Under the pieces are notes generated by a model. It did not search any database. It was not told the DNA's origin and was given only the letters and a program-made list of their open reading frames with translations. Both the position numbers and the translations under genes were made by a program. Of a stretch of 63,010 nt of DNA, positions 28,901-42,470 are shown one piece after another. Each line of letters begins with the position of its first letter. The first letter of the stretch is position 1. Source of the stretch: Eledone cirrhosa (taxonomy: Eukaryota); assembly GCA_964016885.1 (NCBI GenBank), contig CAXHJY010000629.1, positions 1 through 63,010 of the forward strand, in the 5' to 3' direction.

Positions 28901-30216
28901 TAGCAATGTGACAGCTGAAACATATAACAAAATATTAAGCGTTTCAAATGTCGTTTCTACACCTTTAGATCGTATAGCCTTCAGATAATTGCCAGCTATT
29001 TCGTTCACCGCTTCCAATTCCAATTTACTGGGTTCTTTACTGATTCTGGTGTTGTATGGTCTGTCACTCACATTAAGGCTGTGTATCTCTTGAAACATAT
29101 CGTTCCATATCACTTGTAAGGTGTCCACAAGTTTTTGGTGTTCTGTTTGTTCAGTAGAGTCATGAATTTCAGCCTCGTTGTTGATGTGGTGACAATTACT
29201 ACTAGAGTTAGCTGACCTTTCTCACTGTTCTTCAGTGGAAGTGGGATGGATTTCAGCAAAATTATTGGTGAGCTGTTCACTGTTAGATTTAGCTGGCCAT
29301 TCTCTTTGTCTGTCAGTGGCGGTGGGGTGGTTGTCTACAAGGGCTGTATTTGTAGTATCACTCAATTCCGTTAGATGTATCAATTTACATCTAATGATAC
29401 GTTTTGCCTGTTCATTTAAATGCGTTGGAGAAAAGTCTAATTCTGGGTGTTTGGAGTTCCATAAAGTTTTTAAAACTTTGCATAAAACCGAACTTTTAGG
29501 GTTCAGATTGTTTGTATGCTTCATATAATTCTTTGTTAAGCTCGTAGTTCCACTGTATACAACGGTTGTAGTTGCGATTTGGTCGAAGGAGACTTGTACT
29601 TTTTGCCATGATGAGTTCGTCTATTCACTAATATTTCGTATTTATTTTTCAAAATAGTCGATGATCTTCTTTAAAAGTTTCGACAAAGTTCTGTCAGAAT
29701 CAAATTTAAAGTTATTCACAGCTTGGGTAATATTTCTTTTCAGTTAGTTTTTAATTCTACAACTGTGTTTTAAACGTTGTTCTTGAATCGTTTGAATCGA
29801 GAACAAAAAGAACCGTGACTTAGTATATTTCTTTATGAATGTAATATAATATAACAACGCTGTATTTATATGTTAAAGTTTATGTATCATTCATATAAAT
29901 AGGTGTTCCACAACTTATTCACAACATATTCACAGTTCAAACACTTATGTTTTTGTTTCTGAATCGAAAACGTTACTTGTATATTTCTTTATAAATGTAA
30001 TATAACAACGTTGCATTTATATGTTAAAGTGTATGTATCGTTCATATAAATAGGTGTTTTACAACACACTTACAGTTCAAACACTTATGTAGAATTATTG
30101 TATGTAATCTTACCGCGTAATGTAGCTCAACTTTTTCCAATATATGGTATGTTGCCTTCATGTAAGCCGTAATTACACACGTCCGATTATCGGACACTGA
30201 CCACAACGGTCGCCAT
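25939..30216 (-). mobile_element. Near full-length R4/Dong-clade non-LTR retrotransposon (RT, CCHC and restriction-like endonuclease)
   Basis: NYRPIAC, WLDYQKAFD, GIFQGDSLS, FVDDLKLY, CRLC...H...C, RHD, RPDIV...VEISCP. Both ends abut TA tracts. Confidence 0.92.
26097..29609 (-). pseudogene. Disrupted single ORF (about 1170 aa) of the R4 element
   Basis: ATG at 29609 starts MAKSTSLL...QWNYELNKELYEAYKQSEP*. In-frame stops near 29497, 29222 and 27429; frameshifts near 29470 and in the 11-nt homopolymer at about 28717-28727. Confidence 0.85.
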
Positions 30217-30249
<33 letters not shown>

Positions 30250-30385
30250 GTATCATTGGCAGTGTTTACATTTATGTTCCGTAACGTAGCAGTTCAACAA
30301 AATTATATCAATAAAATAAGAATCAGACTTGAAAGAACTATCAAGACGGTGCTCCAGCATGACCGCCGTCTAATAACTGAAAATC
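30250..30385 (+). mobile_element. 3' half of the SINE interrupted by R4, ending in a CR1-like tail
   Basis: gtgtttacatt...ggtgctccagcatgaccgccgtctaataactgaaa. Confidence 0.6.
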
Positions 30386-32304
30386 ATTAGAGTAGGCCGA
30401 GATTTTGTTGTCGTTTTGTTTCTTCTCATTTTTTTAGCAATTTAAAATGAAAAGTCTAAATCGTTCTGAGGTAAAATGAGAATGAAATCGAACCTTTAAG
30501 GCTGCAAGAGTTCAGCATTTATTTAATGAAGCATACTGAAGCTAGCCATTAATTATTTATTCCAGCCATTTGACTACACACACTCACATAACTATATACC
30601 ATAACACACGAAGCAATGCACCACAGGAAGAAGAACTTTAGTAGTCCCTGTTCCAACTAATTTGATTAGATGTTAATCCAGCTAAATCCTCGGATAAGAT
30701 TGCATGCCCATCCTATCATTTTGACAGCTTGCAATTCCAATGACTTTAGAAGTGATGATATAAATAACATAGAAAATAAAAAGAAAGGGAATGTTTTTTT
30801 TTTTAAATCGTCATATACACAAGGATATAACGGATGACACCAGCTACAAACACCCCGCCTTTCTAACCGCTTCAAATATATCATTTCGACAAAAGACCCC
30901 AGGGGTTAATGGATGCCATTGTGATTGACATTTCTATATTTACTGCTCCTGCTTTACAGAAATTTCCACGTAATTCCTTCCACCAAACATTTGGCAACTA
31001 CCCCCCTATCCCCACCTGACAAAAATACCCTCCTTTTTCACTATTTCTTACAGAAAGTAACATTTTTAAATATCATCGTTTTATTACAAAACAACTCAAC
31101 TTGTGAAGGTTTATAAACACACAAAACAACACGTACGAACGATGTATGGGTGGGTACAATGCGGGTACATATACATGCGATGACATACTATGAACACAAT
31201 ACAACACAAATGTTATTATACACACCCCTATATAAACAACCATAAACCTTCGTATACACACAAGTAAATACATAAAACATACTTAAACCCAAATAAGATA
31301 TTTTAAAAAAATACAAATAACTCTCTCCGTCCCTCACACTCCTCTTCTCTCCCTTACTCATTATCTCTCTCTCCCACTCCTTCGTCCAATCGTTATATCC
31401 CCCCCCCCATTCTCTCTCGCCTTAATGAAAATTAAAAATTTAAACAAAGTCCGAACACTGCCAAAGGATACTCTCAAGAGTCTTACTTTGGGAGGGATTT
31501 TAACCTTTTTAAAATTTGGGTCATAATTAGAGGACATTTTTGGCATTCTAGACTAACAAACATTAATTTATGCCCTCACCTTTCTCCCCCTCAAATCGTT
31601 ATTTCTAAAATGTTTAAAAATTAAAATAAGTTGTCTTCGGTTATTCCCAGTGTTCAAATGGAGAGTTAGCCATAACAGCAGACAGACAGACAGGGGGAGG
31701 GAGAGAAATAGAAAAGGCAAGCGTTAGACGAGCTAGCATAGGCAATGCTAGTTGAATTAATATTTTACAAACATTTTTTATTGATAAACTGAAAAAAACT
31801 AAACTAAACTAAAGGGAAGAATGGCAAATTAAAATGAAAAATAAAAACAAAACATCATTTCATTTAACTATCCATGGGTCACAAATAAAGAGGAATCCAC
31901 TGGGTACAGGGTAAAAAGACTGGATGAAAATATTTTATATAATGAAACTCGAGTTGACAGTAGGGGGTGAGGAGCAGATAATACGAAGAAACAAGAGAAG
32001 AAAACAAATAAAAGTAAATAGGAAACTGGTAATGAAGAGAAACGAAGTAAAGAAGAAATAATGGAATAGTAAATGAGATTGTTGTTGAATTAAAATTTCA
32101 AACAATGACGAATATGGGAGATGAAGAATGTTGGACTAACAGGCAAAAATATGATTGATTAATCCCTAACTTTAGCCCCAGAGAGTCCCTGAAGTTTTCC
32201 TTGCCATGTCAGCTAGCTGATATGGTAAGGATAAGGATTATTTGCCTTGTGCTTTAAGTTCGAATTCCAGCTGATTATTCCTCAACCACACCTAAAAAGA
32301 AATC

Positions 32305-32900
32305 ATTGGCAGTATCGGTAGAGGGTCGGACACCATGCTTTGACGCATAGAGTTACGGCCCTTGCCATTCTGAGTTCAAATCCCGCCGAGGTTGACTTTG
32401 CCTTTCATCCTTACGGGTTCGATAAAATAAAGTACCAGTAATGTACTGGGTAATTGCTGGCCTTGTGCCAAAAGTAGAAACAATTATTATAAATCCTGTA
32501 AGGATGAAAGGCAAAGTTAACCTCGGCGGGATTTGAACGACCCTTTATGGTCCGAGTTCAAATCCCGCCGAGGTTAACTTTGCCTTTCATCCTTACGGAG
32601 TCGATAAAATAAAGTACCAGTAATGCACTGAGATAATTGCTGGCCTTGTGCCTAACGTAGAAACAATTATTATATGACAAAGGGCGGTGGATTTCGTTAG
32701 AGCATTGGACAATATTATTTGCAGCCTATAGTAAAGGCCCTTTACGTTCTGAATTCAAATCCTGCCGAGGTGAGCTTTGCCTTTCATCCTTACGGGATCG
32801 ATAAAATAAAGCACCAGTAATGCACAGGGAGTCGATTTAATCGAATGTCCCCCTCCCCAAAATTGCTGGCCTTGGGCCTAAATCAGAAACTATTAATATT
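32305..32900 (+). mobile_element. Cluster of three Meta-like SINE copies with an inverted 41-bp piece
   Basis: gttcaaatccc/tgccgagg...gcctttcatccttacgg recurs at about 32375, 32556 and 32755; the inverted piece is at 32498-32538. Confidence 0.8.
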
Positions 32901-33739
32901 GTTATCACAACATTATAGTTGTGGAATGGCAGGAACAATAATGTATTGGCTGGAGTGCCTAAAATTTACAGTAATTCGACTGGAGATGTCTAGCCTAGTA
33001 GGGGGTGGGAGGAAATTTACAGCTCACACATATGAATGCTAAGCTGTCCTCCGACAAGGATGCATTTCATAGGAGGTTTCTCTTGTGTTTTAATGATGAA
33101 GTATGAGTCCTAGTATGAAAAAGCAGCATGAAATGAAGCGTACTGCTCAAGATGCAATCATGCTGCCCACTCCAGAAATCGAACTGACGGAAGTGCATGG
33201 TCGCAGTTTAATAACTTATAGAAGTGTAAGACAAAAGATACATAGAAGAAAGAACATGAAGTATACAATGCAACCAGAGATTGAACTCGCTAACATCGTT
33301 TATGATCCTTACAGGTCATACTGACATAACTTTGAGAATATTTATTACAAACAAAGTCTTTGAAGTCCTTTTTCTTTTCTTTTTAAATTAAATTCCATAC
33401 GGAGACACAGGGAAAAAAATGTAGAGAGCTGTGCATGATGGAATTGCAACTGGAAAAAAAATCTCAAAAGTTAATAGGGGAAGCAAAAACCAGGCCTATA
33501 CTTATACTTGAGACAGAATTAGATTGAGTTGTTGACAGTGTTAAACTTAAACCTTGCAGCACACCTTTGGGCAAAGAGAAAGTGAAGGAACAAACAACAA
33601 CATCAATAATAATAATAAACAGCGAAGGGAGAGATGGCTGTATGGGGGCGGGGCGGGTGAGGATCACTGTTTACATTACTTTCTCTCTAGCTTCACCATT
33701 ACCGCTGGCAATATTACTAGTGCAAACAACAACAACAAA

Positions 33740-33772
<33 letters not shown>

Positions 33773-34095
33773 GGTTTCATTCCTATCTGCCAATGTCTGT
33801 CGTGAAGAAGGAAGAATGAAAAGACAAAAAAAAAACAAAAACAACTGCACCAGATAAGGAAGGTGCAGAGAGTAAGATTATGTTGTAAGAAATTAAAGCA
33901 AATATATAGGAGATATTAATGGCGAGAAGAGAAACAGCATTAAAAACTCACACATTGTCTGTGTTCATATATATATATATATTATATATATATATACACG
34001 TATATGTGTGTTTACTTATACATATATATACACAAATATATATATGTATATATATACGTATATGTGTGTATACTTATACATATATATACACATAC

Positions 34096-34138
<43 letters not shown>

Positions 34139-34405
34139 TATATGTGTGTATACTTATACATATATACACATACACAAATATATATATCATACACAAATAT
34201 ATATATATATACACACAATCACTTTGTATTTTTGATTTAGTGTCAGCTAGATAAACACAAACACATAAGTGTATGATATAAAACGATGAGAATTTACAAC
34301 ATGCCCCCAGCAAAGTTTTCTTATGCAAGTTGGACGTTTTATATTTTCTAAATTTTGTCTTATACCATTCAGGTTGTATTATTTAAACTTTTAAAAACCA
34401 TTGAG

Positions 34406-34453
<48 letters not shown>

Positions 34454-34799
34454 TATTGCTCAATATATATGAAAGAGAAGTTGAAAATGCCATTGGAATT
34501 TACAAGAAGGTTTACTAGAAAAACTTATAACTTTACCGATTTCATGGTTTTCAAAAGTTAAGAGAGATGTGTAACTCATATCTAACTGATATAGGAAATT
34601 CTTTCAATGCAATAAAAGTGGTTCAGATTGCTATATGTTTAACGTACAATTTGATCGGCTGAGGATGATCACGTTATTAGACACCGAATTTAGTGCAACG
34701 TTCTCCCTGACAATGTTTAGTGAATATGGACAGTGTTTTCTGTAGTCAGGGGAAGTTGGTATTGTCTTTGTGGCAATCACTGTCACAATGACAAGATAT

Positions 34800-34852
34800 T
34801 TTTACTCTTTTACCTGTTCCAGACATCTGGCTGAGGCCATGCTGGGGCACCC
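34800..34852 (-). mobile_element. Isolated CR1-like 3' tail
   Basis: Matches 59427-59478 (tactcttttacctgtt...ggctgaggccatgctggggcacc). Confidence 0.7.
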
Positions 34853-34984
34853 CATGTGATGATAATAATAATTATTGCTATTTTTTGTTTTTATTATTAT
34901 TATTCGGACGTAGCAGTGAACAAAAAGTTAGTTCTTCACACACACAAACACAACTCCTGTACTTTTGAATTTTGGGGATTTTCA

Positions 34985-35545
34985 TGAAGGAATCTTCTTC
35001 GCGTGAGTTATTAGTGCTTACTTCTGTGCATCTGCCACATACAAAGTCTAATTTTTCCGTTAATCTGCCTGCAATCCAACTACATCTTTTGTGCATCGAT
35101 ACATTTTACTGTGTGCACCTTATAGTATTTCTGCCCCCTTTCTGATATATCGAACAAAGCCATTTCCCCGATGGTATCGCCCTCCTGTCCTCTTTTCTAC
35201 TTATTAGCACTTTCGTTTTGCTTAGTTTAGTTTTAAGATTCCTTTTCCACATTTGAAAATTTGTCTAACTCTCCTACGGATTCAGTTATATGGACTAGGT
35301 TATCTGAATTTATATGCAGATAACCTAGTCCCACGGAATACCAGTTTTAAACTTGACAGAAGGGCAACATCAGTAGTACTTCTATCTGGCATAAATCCAA
35401 AATGCATCTCATCTAACTTGATTCTGTTCTTAATTATTTGTGCTATAACCGATCCAGCAATTCTCATGCCCTGGTCCATCAACTTGTTACCTCTGTAGTT
35501 ACTTATTTCTAGTGCATTTCATTTGCCCTTGAAGCATTTAACAAT
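34985..35545 (-). mobile_element. RTE LINE RT fragment, internally deleted, with a Cys/His finger remnant
   Basis: NYRG...LMDQ...LDEMHFGFMPDRSTTD and HKRCSWIAGRLTEKLDFVCGRC. Confidence 0.75.
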
Positions 35546-35769
35546 AATACTATTTTTATGGCTCTATCTACCTTATCATTCTACCTTCACGTCACCCTCC
35601 ATCTTGCTGAGACCTTGCTTCAGTCGCAGGCCTGGTTCGTGGCTTCTAGCTGATTGACCCACAGGAAACCCCAGTTTTCCCTTACGTTATACTTCTCCAT
35701 CTCCCCTTCCATAGTGTCAAAAGTGTCAAGTATTATTTCTCTGTATTTGTTACCTGTAACAAGTTCGCT

Positions 35770-36085
35770 TAGCTTCCAGGTTTTCCTTCGCCAGACTCGC
35801 TTTTGTCTGTCTGTTTAGCACGTTTTCTAAGGTCACTAACAACTAGTTTAGGTTGGGAGGTACATTCTTCCCTGGGAAAGGCTTTGGCATTTATAAACCT
35901 TTGCCTGTCCCGTTTCCTGGTGAGGCTGGTGTCTATTTGGTTTGTATGCCCTGCTGATCGGTAGGTAATCGGATGATTGGCTGGTTTCTTGAAGTTTGTG
36001 TTACAGATCATTAAGTCAAGAGCAAGACAGAACCCCAGAAGCCTAGTCCCTTCCTCATTTCTTGTGCCATAACTGTTGTGTCTAT
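35770..36085 (-). mobile_element. RTE LINE APE endonuclease fragment
   Basis: YGTRNEEGTRLLGFC...NTNFKK...ITYRSAGHTNQID. Confidence 0.8.
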
Positions 36086-37734
36086 GAATATATATATATA
36101 TAAGCATATACAAATACACACACACATTCTCATCATGATCCTTTACATCATTGTTTTTATATCAATTCTTCTATGTTGGCATGGGTTGGATGGGACTTTT
36201 TGAGGCAATATTTTTCAGCCAGATGCTCATTTCGTACAAATGACTTCTACAGGACTGAATCATTTTGACAGTTTTATACGCTTTCCATCTACCACATTTC
36301 TGTCCCAAGGCAGGGGTAAACCCAAAGCTACATTAGAAGATACTTGCCTAATGTGCTACACTGCAGGAATGATCCAAGAACCAGGTGGTTGTGAAGCAAT
36401 TTTCTTAACCACACAGTCATGCCTGAGGCTGTGCTTAGAGTGTATAAATATGAGCATCGATTATATTTTGTTTGGTAGTTAGGGGCATGATCATAAGGTC
36501 ATAAGTAATTCCCAGCAAGACACTTTTCACGTCATTCCAGTCCACTCAACTAATGTAAATGAGTTGAAACCTCACTGTATCAGTGTTTGCATGTTCAAAT
36601 CCAGTCAGAAATCAACTTTTCTTTTTATCCTTATAGTGGTGGAAGAGGTTTATAATATAATTACCAGTAATACACTATTACCAATTCAATTAACTATGCA
36701 TAAGAATCTGCCAAAATTGGACTTGCAACTATTCAAAAGAAATCATTATTACAAGTTTATACTATTATGCTAGTACGAGTTAAACATGTTTGACATAGGT
36801 TTCAAATGGTTTCGGAAACTAATTCAAAGCAATAATTGGTTTGTTCTCCTGAAAGAATGTTAAAAGAAAGAGAAAAAGAATACCAAATAAAATCAATAGC
36901 TTTTATCTATTTTAGATAAATAGTGAAATACTGGTGAATAGATATACATGCAAATATTGATTTCAAAGCAGAAGTGCTGGTTTAAACTGTGATTTCTTTA
37001 AACAACAGTCTGTGTAAACTCTATTGGCAACTACTTATCAGAGTTTTTGTAGTTGTTGATATTTATATCTGGCACTAAAATACAGTTCAAGATTATTCCC
37101 AGCAGAATTGGAAATATCAGTTTCCTTTTCAAAATCAAGTAATTAGATCCCTAAAAAAATAAAATACTAGGGAGAAAAATAAAAATAAAATACAATATTC
37201 AAATAAATAAAACTAGAGGTTTTGGATAAACCCTTCAAATTGTTTTAATATAAAAGATATAGATGTAGCTGATAAAAGATACTTTATGATAATAGCTGTT
37301 AAGTATATTAGCAATATGCAACCATTTTTATTTATTTATTTTTATTTATAAAAAATATAATTTAAGAAGCTTTCTTCTAAAACACTTTTTCATAAAAGTA
37401 AATGTAACCCTTTCATAATAAAAGACACTTCCTATGATTTTCAAATTAATCAAGGATTTGGAGGGCTTAATGAATATAACTAACTTCCAAATTATTTATC
37501 TCATTTTTGAAACATAACTTAAAGAGTTAGATAAATGTATGCACTTTAAAATGAGCAGTTTTGCATCACAGAACCAGGGCCAGCTTCAGGTGATTTTGTA
37601 TCGTCATGGTTGAGGAAAAGTATTTACTTTAAATGAAAGATTTCAAGAAAGTTAGATCCTAGATTTTAATAGAAAGCCCTTTGGTTATGAGATTATAAGA
37701 TAAGAATATTGTAAATATAAGTGATAAACCTTAC

Positions 37735-38000
37735 AGAATTTTTCAGGAGAATTTTATCAAGTCTCTGGGGTAGCCATGAGAAGCAGAATGGGCCCAAACT
37801 ATGCCAACTTGTTCATTGGCCGCGTTGAGGCACAGATCTTATCCCAGTACACTAAACACAACCCTGAACAGTCCTTATATCGATGAATGTATTGGCACCA
37901 CCTCTCTCTCCCATGAGCAGCTTGACTCCTTTTTTTCCCTCAACCAATCTTTTCATCCTGTTCTCCTCTTCACCACCTCCATCTCTGATCCTTTTGTCCC
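37735..38000 (+). mobile_element. Penelope-like RT fragment (central motifs), degenerate
   Basis: GVAMRSRMGPNYANLFIG...YIDECIG...FHPVLLFT. Confidence 0.75.
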
Positions 38001-38294
38001 AAATCCTACATTTTCTGATGCATGCAAACATATGTGTGCTTGCCTGTCCACACCACTGGCACACATCTAAGGGCACTCGAGTGTTTGTTTCTCTTACGGC
38101 TATACCACGAAATGTCATTTATATGATCATATTTGCTACCTCCTCCTTTTCTGTGCAGCCCCTTGTGATGGTTTCTACATATGCATATGCAGAATTTCAT
38201 ATGCATATTTATGCACACACCCTGTGTTGGTCAGTTCATATATGTATGTGTGTGTGTGTGTTTGTGTAAATATATATATATATATATATACACA

Positions 38295-38620
38295 TGGATG
38301 TGGGAGGGAGGTCAGTGACTAAGGAGGCAAGGAGGATATTGAGAAATTATATCAGTAGGGCAGGAAGGCCAGGATTATTGTTTCTGTATCTTGGGGAGGA
38401 AGCAGATGGTAAGTGTTTGAGAGGTTCATATAATAAGATTTGTGGCAGTGGGGATAGGAGAGAACAGATGAGTTGATGACTGGTGGAAGACACACGTTGT
38501 TGGTAACCTGGGGTAGAGACAGAAGATAAAGGGCAGTAAAATTGGGTGTTGTGAAACTAGCAGTCATGTAGAGGTTTGTGCAACACATCACCATGGCACC
38601 ACCTTTATCAGAGGTTAAGC
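38295..38620 (-). mobile_element. Penelope-like RT N-terminal fragment, degenerate
   Basis: SDKGGAMV and an LPKI...NPG remnant, resembling the DKG and LPKIHK-PGRP motifs of Penelope-like elements. Confidence 0.55.
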
Positions 38621-38751
38621 TACCCAAATTGTGATGCTGAGATTTACACAACTATATCTATGTATATATGCATGTCTCTCTCTCTCTCTCTAATAAACTC
38701 ATTATCATCATTTAACGTCCTGTTTCTCTCGTCAATGGTTGAACTATGTGC

Positions 38752-38786
<35 letters not shown>

Positions 38787-39273
38787 CACACACACATACA
38801 AATATAGTCCAACTTTTGACTATATATATAAAAAAATATATATATGTGTGTGTGTGCATAGTGTAAATAAAACAAAGAAAAAAAAAGATGCTAACACAGT
38901 TGAAAGTGAGATAAAAGAATTCCTTCCATTGAAAAATGAAAATGCAAAATGTGAAAAAGGACAAAAATAGGAAAAAATGGGGTGCAAAACAGCATTTACT
39001 TCATACACAAGACTACTGAGATGAAACAGCTACTACCAACACCATTACCACCGCCATCACTACCATATATACTTTTTCTCTTCTTTTCCCCTCATTAATT
39101 CTAAATAATAAGGAAGGTAACCTGTGTAGAAAATATAACCCTAAGGGATCTTTAAGCACACACACACATCTGTATATATACATATATGCACATTTATACA
39201 CACACATGGACACCTGTATATTACATATATATATACACACATATATATACATGCATATATACACATATAAATT

Positions 39274-39308
<35 letters not shown>

Positions 39309-41460
39309 GGGGAGAGAGAGAGAGGGGGAGAGAGAGAGAGCAATATTTCTATATACACACACAATTATTAATAAATAAATAAATAAGGTGATTGGTAGGG
39401 GTAGTTGGAAGCAAAAAGCAGCAGTAACATATAATGGGTTCTTCTCTCTCCTTGCTAATAACATGGAACTGCTACAAAGGGGGGAAGACACACTAACTGG
39501 TACAAGTAAAGAAGGTGGAAAATAAAGATTAAAGCACAACAACTGTAAGAAGAGAGGAGCAAAAATACAAACAACAATAGTAGCTGCTGATGTTGCTGCT
39601 GCTACACCTTCGAAAAAGTAAGATGGAAACAAAGTAGAAGAAGAACACAATGAAGGTTTCAACAACAAGAACAGCAACAACTGCAAGTAGAAAGAAAGCA
39701 AAGTCTCCCCAATTTTGAGTCAGTGGGATTAAGGGAAATTCTATTCCAGAATGAGTCATCAAAAGCTGCCCTTTGGGAAGTAGCGATATTCTCGAAAGAC
39801 AACAGCAGCAGATAGAGATGCAAAACAGGTGGTGGTGGTGGTGCTGATGTCGATATTGGTAACACAACACCAGCATCAAACATTGTTGGTGGCAATGGTG
39901 GCATGTAGGTAATGGTTGGGAGTTGGTTGGGAAGGGGATGCCCAACAACTTGTTGCCATATCTTTCTTCATGTTCGTTCTCTCGTTTCTAAGGAGATGTG
40001 TGAGTAAAGTAGTGAAAGAAAACAAGAAAAACATTTTTCTCCCTACAAAAATCAGCACAATGTCAACTTGTAGGATCTGTTAAGAGTGAAAAGCTAAGAG
40101 AATTTCCTCATTATCATTAGTCATAGTTGCTTTGTAAACAATATATGCATGTAATCAGTGCAAAGGAAATGAGAAAGGGTATATGGTTGGGTGGGGTGAG
40201 TGAGGATTTGAAAGTACTCATGTACTCCTCAACACCACAAGACCCTACCAATTATGGGCAGTGTCAAAAGTATTAAGACAAATGGTGGTGCAAGGTAGAA
40301 TACAAACCCAAATAATGTGCAAGTTCCTTCAGCACCACCAGCTAAACCATCTTTTCCATGTCCAAGGATGAAGAAATATTCTACATCTTCCTCGGTTCCT
40401 GAAGTCGATGATACCAAGTTACCTCCTCCTAAATTTGAGATAGTAGAGAATGCTACATCATGCCCGGACTAAGGATTAAAATATACTGAGGAACCCTCCT
40501 TATTCTGAGATAATAGAGAAATTTACATATTCAGTCTCAGAGATAAAAGATGCCTGAATTCCTCCTCCTAAGAGTACCACGCAATCAAATGGTAATTGCA
40601 AGGCCAAATCAGAAGGTGAGGGAGGCCGGCTGACTGTTGCATCAGTAGAAAACAAGAGAAGAAACAAAAATAAAATAATGTGTATATTGACTTAATAGAA
40701 GAAACAAAAATAAAACAATGTTGTGTGTTCTGACTTAACTAGTTGACTCTAAGCTGTGTGTGGGTTGCTAACCCTAAATGTTTTATGTTTTATGTCATAT
40801 CTTGTGTTAATTATTGTATTATATTTATTTGCTGTTTTAAATGGAAATGTCTGTTGAATAATGTCTTTGTTGCTACTGATGTTTTATAAAAGTTTGTCCA
40901 GCCCCACATATATTGTAAACAATATGTTTACTGTAATTTATACGCAGGCTCTTCTGGCTAATAAGGAAATCGTTATCAATACAGAGAAAGTGATTTTAGC
41001 ATCATTTTTAAATATCTTTCATTTTATAATATTATTGATAATAATAATCATAAAAACACTAATAATAATCCCCAGGAAAAGCATCATCATTATTATGATG
41101 AATATTCCATAACAATGAAGCAATATAAATGTATGTAGATTGCATTTATTTCTCACACTCTCTCATATATATATATGCATGTGTGTGTGTCTGTGTGTAT
41201 GTATTCATATGTACATGTATGAATATATGTGCACACACACTCACAAAATGCATGCAGCTCTATAAATGCTTATTGTAGTGGCATTTGCAGGTGTGTATAG
41301 AAGAATGATAATGTTAGTGAAACTTGATAGGTGATAACGGAAAGAGGTATACTTGAAGTAATACAAAGAGGCCATGTGTATGTATACAAGCACACATGGA
41401 CTCTCAGAATGTCTTCATTGCACACACACATAAATGTATGTGTATTATGTACATACACAG

Positions 41461-41491
<31 letters not shown>

Positions 41492-42109
41492 AACACACAC
41501 ATATATAAGGCAGTGAAAGGCAGTTTAGCAATGCATGTATACACATCTGACACTACATGCTTAAGATGTTCTGACAAAGAGTGCATTCATGTTAGGAATG
41601 CAAAAACTATTACATATTTCTGTTATAAGAATATATATACTTGAAACATCATCATCATTACCACCTAGTCCCTTACCCCCATCATCATTAATACATCCAC
41701 TCTCACCACCACCATCACTATCTTTTCTACTGCCCCTACCATTACCACCATTATCATCATTATCATTATAAATATAAACAGGTTCTCCATTATTCATGCA
41801 TTTGACAAATAATTGTTTCTACTTTTGGCACAAGGCCAGCAATTATCCCAGTGCATTACTGATACTTTATTTTATCAACCCCGTAAGGATGAAAGGCAAA
41901 GTTAACCTCGGCGGGATTTGAACTCAGTCTGTAAAGGGACATAACTATAGGTGTGGTATGGAAATAATAGATCATGGATATGAACAGGGGCTGGGCCTTT
42001 ATGCATTTGTTCAAAGAGATTGTGCGCATCCTTGAACATAAAAGATATTAGTGGTTTACTGAATTGTATGCACATAAACATCTGATGCTGATCTCCTGGT
42101 AACAAGACT

Positions 42110-42470
42110 GGCTTTTGGATGTGTAATGTTAGTGTCCACAAATGACAGAGTACAAATGGAGTGATGGTGAAACTGCATATAAGGAGAATCAGATGCCGTG
42201 TGCAAAAGAGAAAACTGAGCTGATATGGACATGTGATGTGTATGGAAGATGGCAGGTGAAAAATGAAGTGCCAAGTGATTCAAGTGGAAGGAATCAGCAG
42301 AAGAGGGAAACCCATAGAAGTCATGGAATGAAGAGTTGAAAGGTGATCTCAGGAGGCTGATCCTCATAAAGGAGATGACAAAGTACAGCAACAAGTGGCA
42401 GGATGGTGTGCTTGAGAAAACCAGATGTATGGAAAAATGTACATATGATGATGATGATGATGATGATGAT
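42110..42470 (+). mobile_element. RTE LINE 3' end with a (GAT)n tail
   Basis: Similar to 57000-57310 (tggatgtgtaat..., tatggacatgtgatg); ends in (gat)n. Confidence 0.7.

Noticed and set aside
30100-30216. HDV-like ribozyme at the R4 5' end
   Set aside because: Only two simple hairpins are visible; I could not build the nested double pseudoknot.
33551-33566. 12-nt minus-strand microexon (GTGTGCTGCAAG)
   Set aside because: The acceptor is plausible but the donor (gtttaa) is weak; it cannot be supported without RNA data.
34654-34690. atcgg-CTGAGGA...gacaccgaa
   Set aside because: It lacks GAAA and stem III.
40768-40777. CTAACCCTAA as a telomerase RNA template
   Set aside because: A single 10-mer in AT-rich sequence, with no visible pseudoknot, CR4/5 or H/ACA context.
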